This document shows, in pieces, positions 1-14,100 of a stretch of DNA of 64,000 bases; position 1 is the first letter of the stretch; every line of letters starts with the position of its first letter. The translations under genes and the position numbers were made by a program. The notes beneath the pieces were generated by a model that ran no database searches, had not been told where the DNA came from, and saw nothing but the letters and a program-made list of their open reading frames with translations. The DNA is taken from NCBI GenBank assembly GCA_013239625.1, contig MU053881.1, forward strand, positions 7,339,957-7,403,956, read 5' to 3'. The stretch is from Lama guanicoe (Eukaryota).

Positions 1-887
1 TGAGGCCATGTGAAGCCAATGACATACAGTTCTCAGCGTGTGTAGGTCCACCCACCTCTGAGTGGAAGGGACGTGATGTAACCCCTAATCCAAGCTTCTC
101 ACTTGAGAGACAAGGAAAATAAAACTTAGAGATTAATTCACTATTACGTTGGAATAACTAGAAAACCGCAAAGCTGAGAATTCGGGTCCCCTGAGCTCTG
201 GTTCCGCACTCTGTTCCACTCTCAGGTGATTACAGGTAACAGTAACACTGTTCAGAGTTGCTGACAATGACGATGACACCCCATTTACGGGTTCTGACTC
301 AGTGTCAGGCCCCACCCAGCCTCTCACAGGCATCACCCCATGTAATGCTCACGGTAACCCAAAGAGGTAAGCATCCTGGACGGTTCCCACGTGACAGATG
401 AGGAACCAGATGCTCCTTGACCTGGTCAAGTGTCTTGGTTTAGGCAGCAAAATCAGGACTTGATCCAAGCTCTTGTTTTGAGTATCTGTCCTGTGCCTCC
501 TTCCGAAATGAGATGTCTCTCCTCAAATAATTTTACCCTCTTTAGGTAAAGCCATAATGAGAGGCTCATTTGACTTCAGATAATTAGCTTCCCTCTTTGC
601 TCTGGTGTCTGGTTCCTCTTGGGCAGCCGCTCCAGCCTGGAGGGTGTCACACTCAGCGAATCCACTTTGGCTGCGCGGGACTAATGAGGGCTCTCCGCGT
701 GGTTGCGCTTAACTGCCCGGTATTGCAGAGAACGCTCGCACGCAAACACGCCCCCTACCGTCGAGGATGACAGTGGAGCTGTGCAAACATGTCCGTCCCA
801 AACTGGAACATGCCACTCCAATGCTTTAAGAGAAGATAGTATGGTCTGTTTTATGCTGAGCCTATTGCATAAGGAGGAGAAAAATTC

Positions 888-890
<3 letters not shown>

Positions 891-934
<44 letters not shown>
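891..934. repeat. Compound microsatellite (TG)14(AG)8
   Basis: read directly. Confidence 0.95.
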
Positions 935-2410
935 CAAAGGGGAAGAAAAAGGGAGAGTCAAAAATCCTCGACAAGCACTGGAAAAGCTGGTGAGATTCAT
1001 GCCCAACAGTGAAGAAATAATGATCACAGAGGACAACGATTTGTCTATTAAGATTGTGCATTGCAGTAAGTTTTCTTAGCATAAAGTTAAATGAACCCAA
1101 ATGTCCCTAAACAGGAAAATAGTGAAATCAGTTATAGCCCATCTATACAACAGAGTTCCATGAAGCCCTTAAAATTGCCACAGAAAAATGTTCCTAATAA
1201 TTCTCAGCGAAAGAAGCAGATTACAAACCTGGTAAAACATTATCCCAATTACATATATGATGCAAAAGAGAGGAAGAATAACCATGGTTACCTCTAAATC
1301 ATGAGATCATAGGCACTGTTGTTTACATATTCTACAAAACACAATATTCTGATAATACTAATTTCTATAAACAGTAAACATGTTTTCCAGCACTGGTCCA
1401 GCATTCCCAGGAGTATGCCTGATGGAGCGTATGGTATGGTCTGAGGCCCTCATTAGCAAGGGAGTGTGCCAGGCAAGGTTGACCCCCAAGTTCTCATGAA
1501 GCTTGAATGGCGGTGGTCTGGAGTGACAGAGTACTCTGGCTCTGACATTACAAGGTCTCCCCAAAGACTGCTCTCTGGACAGGGGCCTGTATCATACTCA
1601 TGCTCCTTCAAAGTTCAGCTGACATCCTATGTCTTCCACAAACCTGTCCCCAGCAATCCTAAAGCTCTATTCTCACTGCATTCTGATAAGTCATTCTTAC
1701 GGGATTATTTGTAAATAACCCTATAAATTTATAATAAATTTATTAAAACCCTATACATTATTTAAAACCCTATAAATTATAAATTTACACCCAGAGGCTG
1801 CTGTGCTGGTTCCATATGCAGGTTTTATTAGGCCTGAAAATATTGTTTAAAAAACAAATCAGCAGATTTCCCATATAAAGCCATTTGGATAACTTCTCTC
1901 TCTCAAAAAAAAAAAAAAGGAGGGGAGGGGAAGTTCAGGTAGCATTGAGCCCACATACTGACACAGTAACAAAATCACCTGGCATTGATTCACAGCCGTC
2001 TTACATACCCATGACAGGGACTTTGCCCCAGTTCTCACCACTCCCTACTGCTCCCCATTCTGAGTTGAGCATGGATCGATAATTTCCATTATTGTCTCCT
2101 TAGTAGTAAATATTTCTCTGTATAACTATCTCTGTCAAAGATGGGGAAATAAATGACTGACTGAATGGCACTGTGTTTTTGGAAAAAACTGAAGAGAATC
2201 ACATTTCTTTGTGAAATGAAGAAAGTTCTCACACATTTACTAGGCAAATGGAAAATGTGTTGTAAAAAAATACGTAACTGAACGTGATATTAAATGTATG
2301 CATGTATATAATTAGGGTATCCCATTAAATGGTATAATAACTATCACCTTGCACGTTCATTTCTGTTACCTTCATGGACTGTGCAGGCTCAAGTTTAAAG
2401 ATCTTTGGGG

Positions 2411-2725
2411 GTAAAATGAACATAAATACAAAACAGAAACAGACTCACAGACATAGAATACAAACTTGTGGTTGCCAGGAGGGGAGTGGGAAGGGACAGA
2501 CTGGGAGTCTGAAATTTGTAGATACTGACAGACAAATGTAGAATAGATAAACAAGATTATACTGTATAGCACAGGGAAATATATACAAGATCTTGTGGTG
2601 GCTCACAGCGAAAAAGAATGTGAAAATGAATATATGTATGTTCATGTCTAACTGAAAAGTTGTGCTCTACACTGGAAATTGACACAACATTGTAAACTGA
2701 CTATAACTCAATTTTTTAAAAAAAA
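2411..2725 (+). mobile_element. 5'-truncated L1 3' end with poly(A) tail and 14-bp TSD
   Basis: L1 3'UTR-like sequence (acagactcacagacatagaa...tgacacaacattgtaaactgactataactcaa); AAAGATCTTTGGGG at 2397-2410 and 2726-2739. Confidence 0.85.
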
Positions 2726-2839
2726 AAAGATCTTTGGGGTAAATCTTTTCTTTCCCAACTGTGAGCTCCCTGGATGGGCAGAAACCTTTCAGTTCCAGAC
2801 ACCATACTGCACAGCAGTTCCAAGAGTGTTTTTAGAAAT

Positions 2840-3050
2840 CAGACAGACCCCATTTGGAATCCTGGCCCTTCAACCTACTTGGTTCATGGCTCTTGGCCAA
2901 GTTTCACAACCTCTCTAACCTTCAGTTTCCTCACCTGTAAAATAGGGATATTCATCCCTACATTTTATAGGGATGTCATGATAATGAAATAATGTATGGA
3001 GAAGCTTAGCACAGCCTGGCACAAACTAATGGTTAAATAAATGGTGACCA
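2840..3050 (+). mobile_element. MIR SINE
   Basis: core aacctctctaaccttcagtttcctcacctgtaaaataggga...gcttagcacagcctggcac. Confidence 0.75.
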
Positions 3051-4858
3051 TAAACTCATTTATTACTGTATTTCTTTCATATTCTCCATAGCACGGTGCT
3101 GCTGCATTTTTAGATTTTCAACAAATATTACTTGGATTGAAATGAATCTGCAGCTGACTTTCAATTCAACTGTATCATGGTCTTAAGGAAGTTTTCTCCT
3201 AGGAAGTTATGGAGAAAAAAAATCAGCAAAATCAAACTTAAAACAGGTCAACATAAAAGTCTCAGAACATTCCAAAGCCAACCTCACTATAATTCAAATC
3301 ATCTATAACTGTAATTTCACAATGAAAACAAACAAACAAAAGATTGGAGTAAACATTTAACCTTTTAAAGATTTACATAAATTTCCGTATTATGTGTGTT
3401 TCCACTTATGCAAAGAATCATTCCAAAATTGGAAAGAACCCCATGGAACACAGATTGAAAGATGTAAGAACAGCCTGATTTTGCTGTTCTCTAGTTTTAA
3501 TAAGGTAAATTATTCTTCTTTTTAATTGCAGAAGTGTTGATTTGGATTGCCTTTAAGGAAGGGATCTGGGATTCTCTGCCCCAATCCCACCTCACCCCTC
3601 ATTAAATTGTATTTCATAACGTCATTAAAAGCTGCTATTCTAAGTATCTGGGGACGTTCAACAGGGATTCTTTTCTTTGATTGTATGCCACTTTTTTTTT
3701 CCACTTCAGCCAAAAAAAAAAAAAAGACGACACTTTAATAAATCTCTCTTGGATTTGTTCTGCAGCTTATGAAATCACTGTCTTCTCTGATTCTGAATCT
3801 GAAAGTTTCTTTCTGAGACTGAATTCTGCAATCAGTCGCATCGAAAAGGGAAGAGGCGTGAGAAGCAGCCCCTTCTCAGATATCCAAGTGCAGAAGGGAC
3901 GCTCTGGAACTGGAGGTAGCTTCCTAACACTGTAGGTGGGAGCGGCAAGCCCCTATTTGAAGATCTTTGATGCCTCCAAATGCTCTTGAGGAGAAAAAAC
4001 TTAGCCCCTCAAAACTCAACAGTTCTTGAAGAAAATAAATTGGCTCCAGTACATAAATTCTTTTACCTTTTCCAGGGTTCTCAGCCTCGCTGTGTGACCT
4101 TGAGGGCATCACGCAATTTCCCTTCATCCATTTAATCTTTTATAAAATAGCCTCATTCCTTGCTCCCAGCGGAGGCAGGATATTTAGAAGCATTGGGGCA
4201 ACATACAAGGGGAGGGGTTTTTGGGTATTAAATGGTGTTAGTAAGATTCAGCAGTATTACTGTCACTCAGAGAATGATTTTTAAAATCACAGATTTTGGT
4301 AGAGCTCTGGAAAATCTTGCTCAATCTCACGATTTTATTGTTGCTCGACAGAGGCTAAGTGACTTCCCCAAGATCACACAACTCTGTAGCAGTAAATGAC
4401 ATAGTGAACATTAGTGTCTGTCACAGTGCCTGGGGTATAAGAAGCACTCAACAAACGTCCCCTACAGTTGCCACAGCTACTATTATTATTGTTGCTATTA
4501 TTCAGGTCTTCTGACTCTCAGGTCGGGACTCTTCCTCTCAGATACACAAGTTAACTACAAGAAGGCTGCCCTTGGGGCCCAAGAAATTTCTTGCTGTAAG
4601 AAAAATAATCATTCAAAGAAAACTGTCTCATTTCTTTCACAACTGAGAAGGTCCCAGCCAAGAGAAGTGCTATGTCTTGGCACATAATTCCCAGGATGCT
4701 AATGTAACACAGGAGCCTAATTTGGGGCCTGACTTGGGAAGGAGAGGTTAATCCCTTTTTCCTGACCCTTCCAACCTTTCCACCCTCAACAGCAGTAGCA
4801 CAGAGGAACTGCACACTGTGAATCAGGGACTGAATCCAAGCTCCACTGGCAACTGGGG

Positions 4859-4867
4859 AAAAAAAAA

Positions 4868-4898
<31 letters not shown>
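4859..4898. repeat. A-run followed by (TA)n microsatellite
   Basis: read directly. Confidence 0.9.
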
Positions 4899-4899
<1 letters not shown>

Positions 4900-6579
4900 T
4901 TGCTATCAAGGCTCACAGACTAGTTTCTGCTAGCTGATTATCAGTAAGACCCTCAGAAGACTGGGTACATAAAGAAATAAAATATATCTTTTATCTGTAA
5001 GGGGTTCACTCCATCAGGATACACAGTCGCGTAAGCAGACAAATGCAAGAATGAAACGCCAGGATCACGGTGAAGTCCACGCTGTGCTTTACGGAAGTTA
5101 CCTCTCTCTGCCCGCACTGCTCTCCTTCCCCTACTCAGGCTCAAGGAGCTGTGCTTACAAGTGGAGAGGGTCGGTCAGGGCGCCACCTGCATCAGCATCC
5201 CTTTGGAGGGCTGATCCCATGCACACCCCTGGCCCCTCCCCAGATCTTCAGTGTCTGAACCTTTGGGGTAGGGTCCCGGATTCAGCAGTTTTAGCAAACT
5301 GCCCAGCTGCATCCAAGATTTGAGAACTCTCCGTCTCAGAGAGGTTCTACACCTGGTTTATCCCCTTTGAGAATCCAGGATAATATTTTGAATGTACTGC
5401 TCTCTACTGTCACACCTTCCCTCGTTAGTCAGGAACTCCCGCAGTCGTTCCATTTTTATAGCCCAGATACAACAGAGCAGAACGGCCAGCAGTCCCTTTC
5501 CCCGGTGTGGAGACTTGAAGCCACAAGACACGTGTCTCAGAATCCCCTCTGAAGTTAAAGTCCCAGAGAGACACGGTAGATAGCTTGCAGGAAAAGGCAA
5601 AAGCAGAATCTTTCTTCCTTTTCCTGACTGGGTCCCTGGAACATGGTCCCTGACACCATTTTGGAGAGGGAGGGGGAACCATTATAAATCAGAAAGACTG
5701 GTTAAATCTGAAGCCGCAAGATATCATTAATTGAAAAGTTCAAGTGGCCACAGTGCAAAGTGAGGTAGAGACCCCTAAAAAGATCAGATCAGATGAAAAA
5801 CAAAGAAAAACAAGAAGCTCCGCCACCTTTGCACACTGAGTGCAGTGCAGAAATTCGCAAACTTGCAGGGGCTGCATCCCCATCTCCTCCCCAGGGCCGG
5901 GCCTGCAGCAGGCACTGAGCAGGCTTTGAGGGAGGCTGAGCCGGAAAGCCTGAGACATCAGAGAGGACTCCCTGCACACTGACCCCTGGTTAGAGTCTCA
6001 CAGGGGTAAGCAGGAGGTATTAGTTAGTGTGCCTAGGGGTGGGGGAAGGGAATGGGGAGGCACTGGAAGGTATTCCAGGCAGTATTCACAAAGAGAAGGA
6101 CTGTGGAAGGGGCTGCAGGGTGCCAGGAGAGACGAGAAGCCAGCCAAGAGGCCAGAGCATGTCCTGGGAGGAAGAGGACTTGCTCCTTTACTGCCTTTTC
6201 CTTCACAGCAGTCCTAGCAGCCAGCCTGACGTGGACATTACCAAGTCCTAGGCAGCCTGCTTACACCGCTTCTCCCTGCAGGGAAGCTGTGCTTTAAAAA
6301 CCTGCAGTGACATAGCAACCGCTGGCATCAAGGTCCACAAGAGAGAGGCACAGCATTTGGAACAGGGGTGCGGAGAGAGGAATGGAAGAAAAAAACCCCT
6401 CAGGAGCAGGAGTGAAGCACTTTTTCTAACACAGAGAAGGAAGCATTTTTAACAAGAAAATAAACAGTCTTCTCCTTTTTATTCATTTTAAGAATAAAGC
6501 ATGGTATAGGGGAAAGAAGATGGGTTTTGTTATTCGAATGACTTGTGTTCCAAATCCTGCCACCATTAAGTAGCAGAGA

Positions 6580-6910
6580 TGGTGATCATCGAACATTCCA
6601 CGTGTGTCCCGTCACCTCCCAGACTCCCTTGCAGCTAGGCTGGGAACAGGTTCCGGCCAGCAGACAGTGGATGGAATCTCTCTCTGGGTGTCCCTTTCAG
6701 GCTGACGTGGTTAAGAGTGGTTGTGTTTCCTCCCTCCCTCTCTTCCCTGCTGCAAAGAGGCCATGGGTACCAAATGGCACAGCTTCAAAAGGGACAAAAG
6801 GCATACGTCCCTCACTAGATATTGCACAGGAGACAAATAAACCTTTACTTTGTTAAACCACTGAGATTTGGGGATCAGTGTGTTACCCCAGCATCACATA
6901 GCCCAATGCA
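6580..6910 (+). mobile_element. MLT1-type (MaLR) solo LTR
   Basis: 3' end aataaacctttactttgttaaaccactgagatttgggg...tgttacc. Confidence 0.6.
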
Positions 6911-9900
6911 CTCACGCTCTAATAAACTGTATCATCTCTGGCCTCATTGGAATGAAAGTTACTTGATTCTCTAAGCCTTGATTCCCCCATTTATAGGATG
7001 GAGGAAATAATATCTATGTAATTGGGTTGCTGTAGGTATTTATTATATGTTTATATCCTATACAGCACCTAAGATGTAGTTGGCATTTAATAAATTTAAG
7101 CCTCTCCCTTTAAGACACTGTTGAGGTCACTATTATTCTGGTGGTTATTACTGTCACGCAACAGATACAGTAGATGTCATTAAGTCAGCAGCAACTGTGT
7201 CAGGCACTGTGCTGGTTCTTTTACGCACAATATATTCTTTTTTGTAGCTAAAGACACCAAAGCTCAAAGAGGTTACTTGTTCAAAGGAACACCGCGAGTA
7301 AGTGACCAAGCCAGGGTCAGAAATAAGGATTCCCTAAGTCAAAAGTCCATATTCTAATGGCAACAGTCCTACTTACACTTTTCGGATGTGGAACCCTGGA
7401 GGCTCAGAGATGTTATGTAGGTTCACCAAGCACAGTAATAATTGCAAGAGTGGGAGGACTTTCCCAGTTTCCAGTCCAGTGCTGCAATGATGTGATGATT
7501 AGTAAAAAGATAAACCCCTCAGGGCACTGGACACGGATATCTGTGCCCCCTCCCACCACAGATGCCCTGGAAGCTCCAGACACTGTGGGCAAACACTAAG
7601 AAGAGAGGGAAAGAAGGAAATTACATCTTGATAAGAGGAGAACTAGAGGCTTTGTGTTCAGAGAATAGCTTCTCAACGAAGTTTCCAAAGAAAACTCCAC
7701 TAGCTGTAAATAAAGATTGAGTTTCCACATCTCTGTCAGGTCTCTGTCTCTCTGTGTGTCTCTGTCTCCCTCTCCTGCCACCCCCTTCTCTGTTTGTTTT
7801 GGAAGTTGAGAAAAGAGAGCAATGTGGATCCTAAAGCAGTTTACACTGAACCAGATGGCACATCTGATTAGCATCAGACTAAAAAGACACATTACTTAAG
7901 AGATTAGGTTCTCACAGGGACAAATCTGTTCCAAAGGCACAGAAGGTTTGGTTTTCTCGCAGACTCCCCTCAGAGCTTTCTCGGGGCATACCTATTCATC
8001 CTGTCTCCCATCATCACTGCACAAGTCTGAGCCTGGGGTGCAGAAAACAGGAAATCAGTCCCCACAGATTGCCCAGTCCCCCTCTCGCTGAACCGTGCAG
8101 GCATTCACACAGGGGAAGCCACACCGCGTGGGACCCTGGCTGCTGGCGACTCCGGACTCCCTCATACCCCAGGCTAACAGGACACATAATGCCACGGAGT
8201 CGGCACAAAACCCAATGAGACGCGTCCTGTTGTTATTCCCATTTTACAGACAAGGAAATTGAGGCTGACAAGGATTAACTAATTTACTCAAGATCACAGG
8301 TCAAGTAGAAGTTGAAGCTAATGGAAGCTAACTGCCTCTATGAAAGGAAAAAAAGGAAAATTTAAATGTGTGTGTGTGTGTTTGTTTTAAAAGAGCCCTA
8401 AGGAGCAAGCCAACACAGAGGACGGCTGTCAAGTGTCCCAAACTATGTAACCACGTTGAGCCCTGCAGCAAGGCAGACAGTGAGGTGGGGGACCATACAC
8501 ATCTCACCCTGCCCTCTGCCTCTTCTAGGTTTACAACCCACAGGCTGTGCAAAAATACTCTAGGGAAATGCAATAAAATTTGGAAAAACCATTCACAGCC
8601 AGAATGGGAAGCACATACAGACCAAAGCCCTTTGGTTCATTAAGTCCCGTGTATCTCAGGCCCTGGGGAAGAGCACAGAGCTTCGAGGGAAGTACGGAAG
8701 CAAGGGAGACATGTGCCTATCAACCCTGAAGGGTTGCTCTTATCTCAAGGAGTCCGAAGGTTAGGACAGAAGCTGGATGAAGATGAAAAGACGAGCAGGA
8801 ATTATAACCACAGCAACACCAGTAACAACAGTAACCACTTAGGACGGGGTATTAAGTTGCTGTGATACGCACTTTAAACGCACTGCCCGTCTCATCACCC
8901 ACAGGACAACCTTCTAAGACAGACACTGCTATTAGTTTTTTCCATTTACAGATAAGCTTACTGAGGATCAGAGACGTTAAGTAAATTGCCCATGGTCAGC
9001 CAGCTGATAAGACGCTGAACCAGGAATCCCACCCAAGAACCAGCGCCCTTAACCAGTAAACCTTCTCCGCCTTTCTCCACAGGATCCCCCCGAAGACAGG
9101 CCAACGGGATGGTCTGCCAACATCTCAGAAAGTGCTTAAAAGCCTTCTGGCTGCTCTGCTTGATGTCAATACAAACGTTCAAGGCTGTGAGTACAAGCTA
9201 ATGTCACCGACAGTACTCCAGGCAATTTGCACATCTGGCAGTCAAATGAGTGCAGGCTCACAGCAAATCACATCCCGAGGCACAGGACACTTCACAGGGA
9301 GAACAAACAGCAGGAGGGCTTTCATTACAGCTCGGACCTGACCAGGGAATCCAACTTGCCTTACTGCAGGGAGTAAAGGAGACGCTCACCCAAGGCCACA
9401 GAAACCCAGTCAGCGCGTGTGCATGAATCCAGACGGTATTCGTTTGGAACTTGAGCACTAGACGAGAGGGCTGAGCTGAGGTCTCCCTTTGGGGTTATTC
9501 TGGGAAGAGCGTTCACTTAGCAAATAAACAGGAGGAGAGGAGTTATCTTACAACTGTGCATAAAAGCATACCCCTTTCACATGTGAACCAAGGACAGACA
9601 GGCTAATTATACACTGCAGCCTCTCTGAAATGGGTCCCCAAAGGGCTCTCTGTTCACCTACTTCTAGTCTTTGTACATATGTAAAGGTAAGAATTTCACA
9701 TTTCTTTTCTAACTGTGTACAACACTGGGGCTGGCCTTCTGTCAGTTAATATTAATCAGAGGGTTTTTCCTGACTCTGAAACTCAGAGACACAGCAGGAC
9801 TGGGGAGCAGCAGCTGTCCAGCCTGCCCTGTGATTACGCTACCCCTCAGGGGCCAGCGTCAGCCCAGGAGATGGGACTCCAGCAAAGGAATTACTCCAAC

Positions 9901-11604
9901 TTCCACCAGGCTGGAATTGATACCACATGCCCAATCAAGGACTCTAACACTCCATCTGGCCTCGATGCTAAGCTGAGCCCCTGACAATAAAGGCAGTCTG
10001 AACAATGAAGGGGAGCCAAGTAGCCCTGCTTTCTGCTGCTTGCGCGGGACCATATGCAGCAAGCACCGTCCTTGTCACGTCCCTAGGATGGGACTCAATT
10101 CATTTCTACTGTGACACCACCTGAAATCCAGGAAGGGACTGCCAGGGCAGGAAGGGGCAGGCAGATTTCAAAGTTTTCAGAGTGAGGGCAATTCATTCTG
10201 ATGCAGAAGTCAGAACTTGAAAACCAAGGAAGGTTTACTTAAAACAAAAACAAAAACAAAAACACCAAACAAAAAAACCCCACAGTAATACAAGAAACAC
10301 AACAAGACTTAACCAAGATTAGTTTCCAATCACCTTGCACACACCATCTTGCCCAAAAAAAGCCAGATGTGTGCTGCATCAACCTGGTGTCAGACATTCT
10401 TCTAAATGGTCAGGAAAACTTCAGGCTTGAATAATATAAAATCATAACACTTTCTTCTCATGCCCTTCTCCAACCCTTAACTCCAAGAGATGGGATTCAG
10501 ACAGAAATTTTGGATGCACCATGTTAACCAAGCATTAGAGAAAAGAAAAATCTCTATGGCGAAATGGTTCCTGAATATTTCTATGGTTTACATAAATATT
10601 CAAGCCTCCCTCTGAATAAATCCCGGTTGAGTGATGACTGGTCCCCAGCTTTCTAAGTCTTCTTGTTTCCTGCACAGTTTGTAAAAATTGGAAAGGGTTG
10701 TTCTGAGGGTACAGGAAACAGAGCTGACCTTCAAAAGTTTTTTTTTTCTTTGACCCTCACAGAGAGGAGTGATGTCAGGAATATTGAATATTTACATCTG
10801 CTCTGCTCCTGGATGGAGGACATGAGGCCATCCAGCCCATCAGCCTCAAAAGCAGGGAAGCTCAAGGCTTGAGTGTGGGGTGCTGGTGGGGACTGGTGGT
10901 TACCAGAGATCAGTCTGGGTGAGTAGAAGCGCTGACCACAGCTCCTGCCCAAGTCCACTGTCATTCCCTGCTCTCCAGGAAACACCATTACGTGAAGAAG
11001 GGCTATGTTCAAAGCAGCTGTATAAAACGCTACTATGTAATAATCATAACAGGAGTCCAGGGGAGAATATATAGAATATATGTATTTGGTTGCTTATACA
11101 GTGAGTGTCCCTGGAAGCAAACACAGCTGGGAACTGGACCCAGTGGTGCCTCTTGCAGGGATCGCAGCGGCTATGCATAAGGCCTCCAGGAACCCTTTCT
11201 TATCCTTGCATTTTGACCCATGTCAATGCGTTGCCTGTCCAAAACTAATTCATATTTTTAAAAACTTTAAAAAAAAAAAGACTAACTTCTGCTCAGTCAA
11301 AATCTCTGAGATGGGTCACAGGCGTCTGCATTTTAACAAGCCCTCCAGTTTATTCCTACACTCTGGAAATTTTGAGAACTTCTCCGTTACAGGCTCTTTC
11401 TACCGAAAGGAACTTTACCCACTTCCTCTCCAGTATAAACCGTGTATAGTAAAAATCTCCCAGCAGAATGACCTAAAAGCAGATGACTCCAAATTTAGCC
11501 CCTCATTAACATCTCTCAGGGAAAACAAACAGTACAACCTAAGTTTTCCTAAAATCAGTTTCGATTCTGCTATGTAAGTTGTCAGCTACTTTCTACTTTT
11601 CTCA

Positions 11605-11859
<255 letters not shown>

Positions 11860-12504
11860 TTAACCCTACGTCTGCCACCTCCTGGCACTTAGGGTCCATT
11901 CCCAGTCGGCCAGCTCTGCGAAAGCAGAGACAATGTGCATCTTGCTCCCTCAGCCCCCGATTCCTGGCAGAGTGTCAGGTAAATGTAAGCCTTCCATAAA
12001 TATGTGCATTGGTGTTAGTGTTGAGTAGTAACAGCACTCAAAGAGATGTGAAAATCTGGAAATGTTACCAATAAACTCAACTACCTACTGTATGAATGGG
12101 GCACCTGCTTTGCACCTGACATCCATTGTGCAGTTCAAAACTCACAACACTATGAGGTAGATCCAATGCTTACCTCAATTTTACCAGTGGCAAAACTAAG
12201 GTTTAAAAAGGTTAACTGACTTCCCCAAGGTTACACAGCTAGGGGCTGTCAAAGAAACAAGGGTTCAAAACCAGGATCTGACTTCATTACCATACCATTT
12301 TATTTACTACTGTTTTATGCTTAGTAATGCTTTATAATAAGTCTTAAGATCAAAAAAGTTCCTAAATTAAAAAAAAAAACTCTCAGAAGTTGCGGGTTAG
12401 AATCAGTTCGGGATATGAAAAAAGAGGTAACTCTTTCCCAAAAAAGTGAAAATAAAAACACCACTGAATACCATCATGGCCCCTGTCAGCTTTCCAAAAT
12501 AAGC

Positions 12505-12830
12505 TCATTGCATTCATTCATTCTTTAAAGTCCTTATTAGGCGTCTACTTAATACGTGACAGGCATCGTGCAGAGCAGTGGGGATAAGACGGGAGCAGAC
12601 CCGGCCCCAATCGGCATGGAACTTGCATTCTAATGAAGGTCATCATACAACACAAAAGCGAACAAATCACTACAAGGCCACAGATGCAATGAAGGAGATA
12701 AACAGGAGTTGAGTCAGAGAGCAATGGTGCAGCGGGTGAGGGAGGAATTTATTTTCAGTACTCAGAGGTAGCTTCTCCAAGCAGATTAACATTTAGCTGG
12801 AGACCAGATGAGTGAGAAGGAGCCAGCGGA
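12505..12830 (-). mobile_element. L2 3' region
   Basis: (cattcatt) start, catggaacttgcattcta, acatttagctgg...gaaggagccag. Confidence 0.6.
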
Positions 12831-12844
12831 AATCTTCCTACGAG

Positions 12845-13060
12845 CAGTGAAAAAACTGATGGGAGCTGAATAAAGTCTGGGATGCACTGAGTAGAGCTGT
12901 ACCAACGCTGACGTCTCGGTGTTGATAACTATACTGTAGTTATATAAAATGTGAGCATTAAGAGGAGCTGGGTGATGGGTGTATGGGAGCTCTTGACATG
13001 CTAACTCTGCAACTCTTTTCTAAATCTAAAAGTACTTCAATACAAAAAAGTTTTAAAAAA
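12845..13060 (+). mobile_element. Old L1 (L1MC/MD-type) 3' end
   Basis: tatactgtagttatataaaatgt...gctgggtgatgggtgtatggga...tgcaactcttttctaaatctaaa followed by an A-rich tail. Confidence 0.65.
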
Positions 13061-13608
13061 TCTTCTTTGTGTTATCTTGGAACTTAAGTGACTGTAGGAA
13101 AAAGAAGAAAAAGGCACATCTGGCTCAGATGCTCCTATTCCAAGAGCATAAGCACATTGAAATAATGTGTTCCTCTCAGGAGAGAAGAGGGTGAAGAAGG
13201 AGGGGGGCGAAAGGAGCCCGTCTCCATGATCCCATTCAGTGTCCAGGGGTTGTTCTCCATTTGTAACTGCAGGGCTCACCTGGCAAAGACTGGAACCCCA
13301 AAATAACCTTCAGGCCCAGATGAAATGGAGACATTTCCACCAAATACTAGTTTTTCAGCTAATACGTTTGTACTCTGTATCGCTGGTATCATCCAAGAAG
13401 GGGGCTTACTTTATAGTTGGTTTCCCCCAAATCCAACACAACCAAATGTAAATGTGAAAATCCCACACTGAAGTCCCTGAAGGAAGCTCCAACCGTGCGT
13501 CCTCCCTGTCCCCGCGCTCAGCACCCATCTGGAACCCCCCAAGAGCCCTCCTACCCCTCTTCCTTGACTGGACAGCAGAGACCAGGGGAGTACACCGTGC
13601 GCTCTCAC

Positions 13609-13679
13609 CTGAGTAACTTTGCATCAAAGACGGTTTCCACATCGTGAAGGACAGACGGGATGTATTTCAAAGCTGCCAC
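13609..13679 (-). CDS. DOCK2: DOCK2 exon ~24 (71 nt) VAALKYIPSVLHDVETVFDAKLL
   Basis: cctag|GTG acceptor, AG|gtgaga donor, phase 0 to 2. Confidence 0.96.
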
Positions 13680-13877
13680 CTAGGTAGAAAGTGAAATGAG
13701 CATGAGCAGTGCCCACATCCAACAGCTCTGCCTGGGGATGAGGACACTCCACAACATGACACAGACCGGGGGAGGACGATCCCGCGTCCTGGGCGCCGCT
13801 GCACTGACTCAAGACTCTGCATGTAGACAGAAACATTAGCATGTACTTCTTACAAAAGTTCCTTCTATCTCCAAGGG

Positions 13878-14100
13878 GGCAGTAATGCATCGGGGAACAA
13901 GCGCAGACTTTGAGGTCAAATCCTGGTTCGACTCCTTAGCAGCCGTGTTACTTTGGACAAAACACTTAGCCTCTCTGATGTCTCAACTTCCTTATCTATA
14001 AAGCAGAGGGAATAATGACTATTTTGCAGGATTGCAAAGGTTAAAATAATATAAATGAGGCACCCAGCAGACAGCCAGGCATATTTTGGGTGCTCACTAA
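13878..14100 (+). mobile_element. MIR SINE retaining a consensus Pol III B-box
   Basis: GGTTCGACTCC at 13925-13935 then core ttggacaaaacacttagcctctctg...cttccttatctataaa. Confidence 0.75.
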
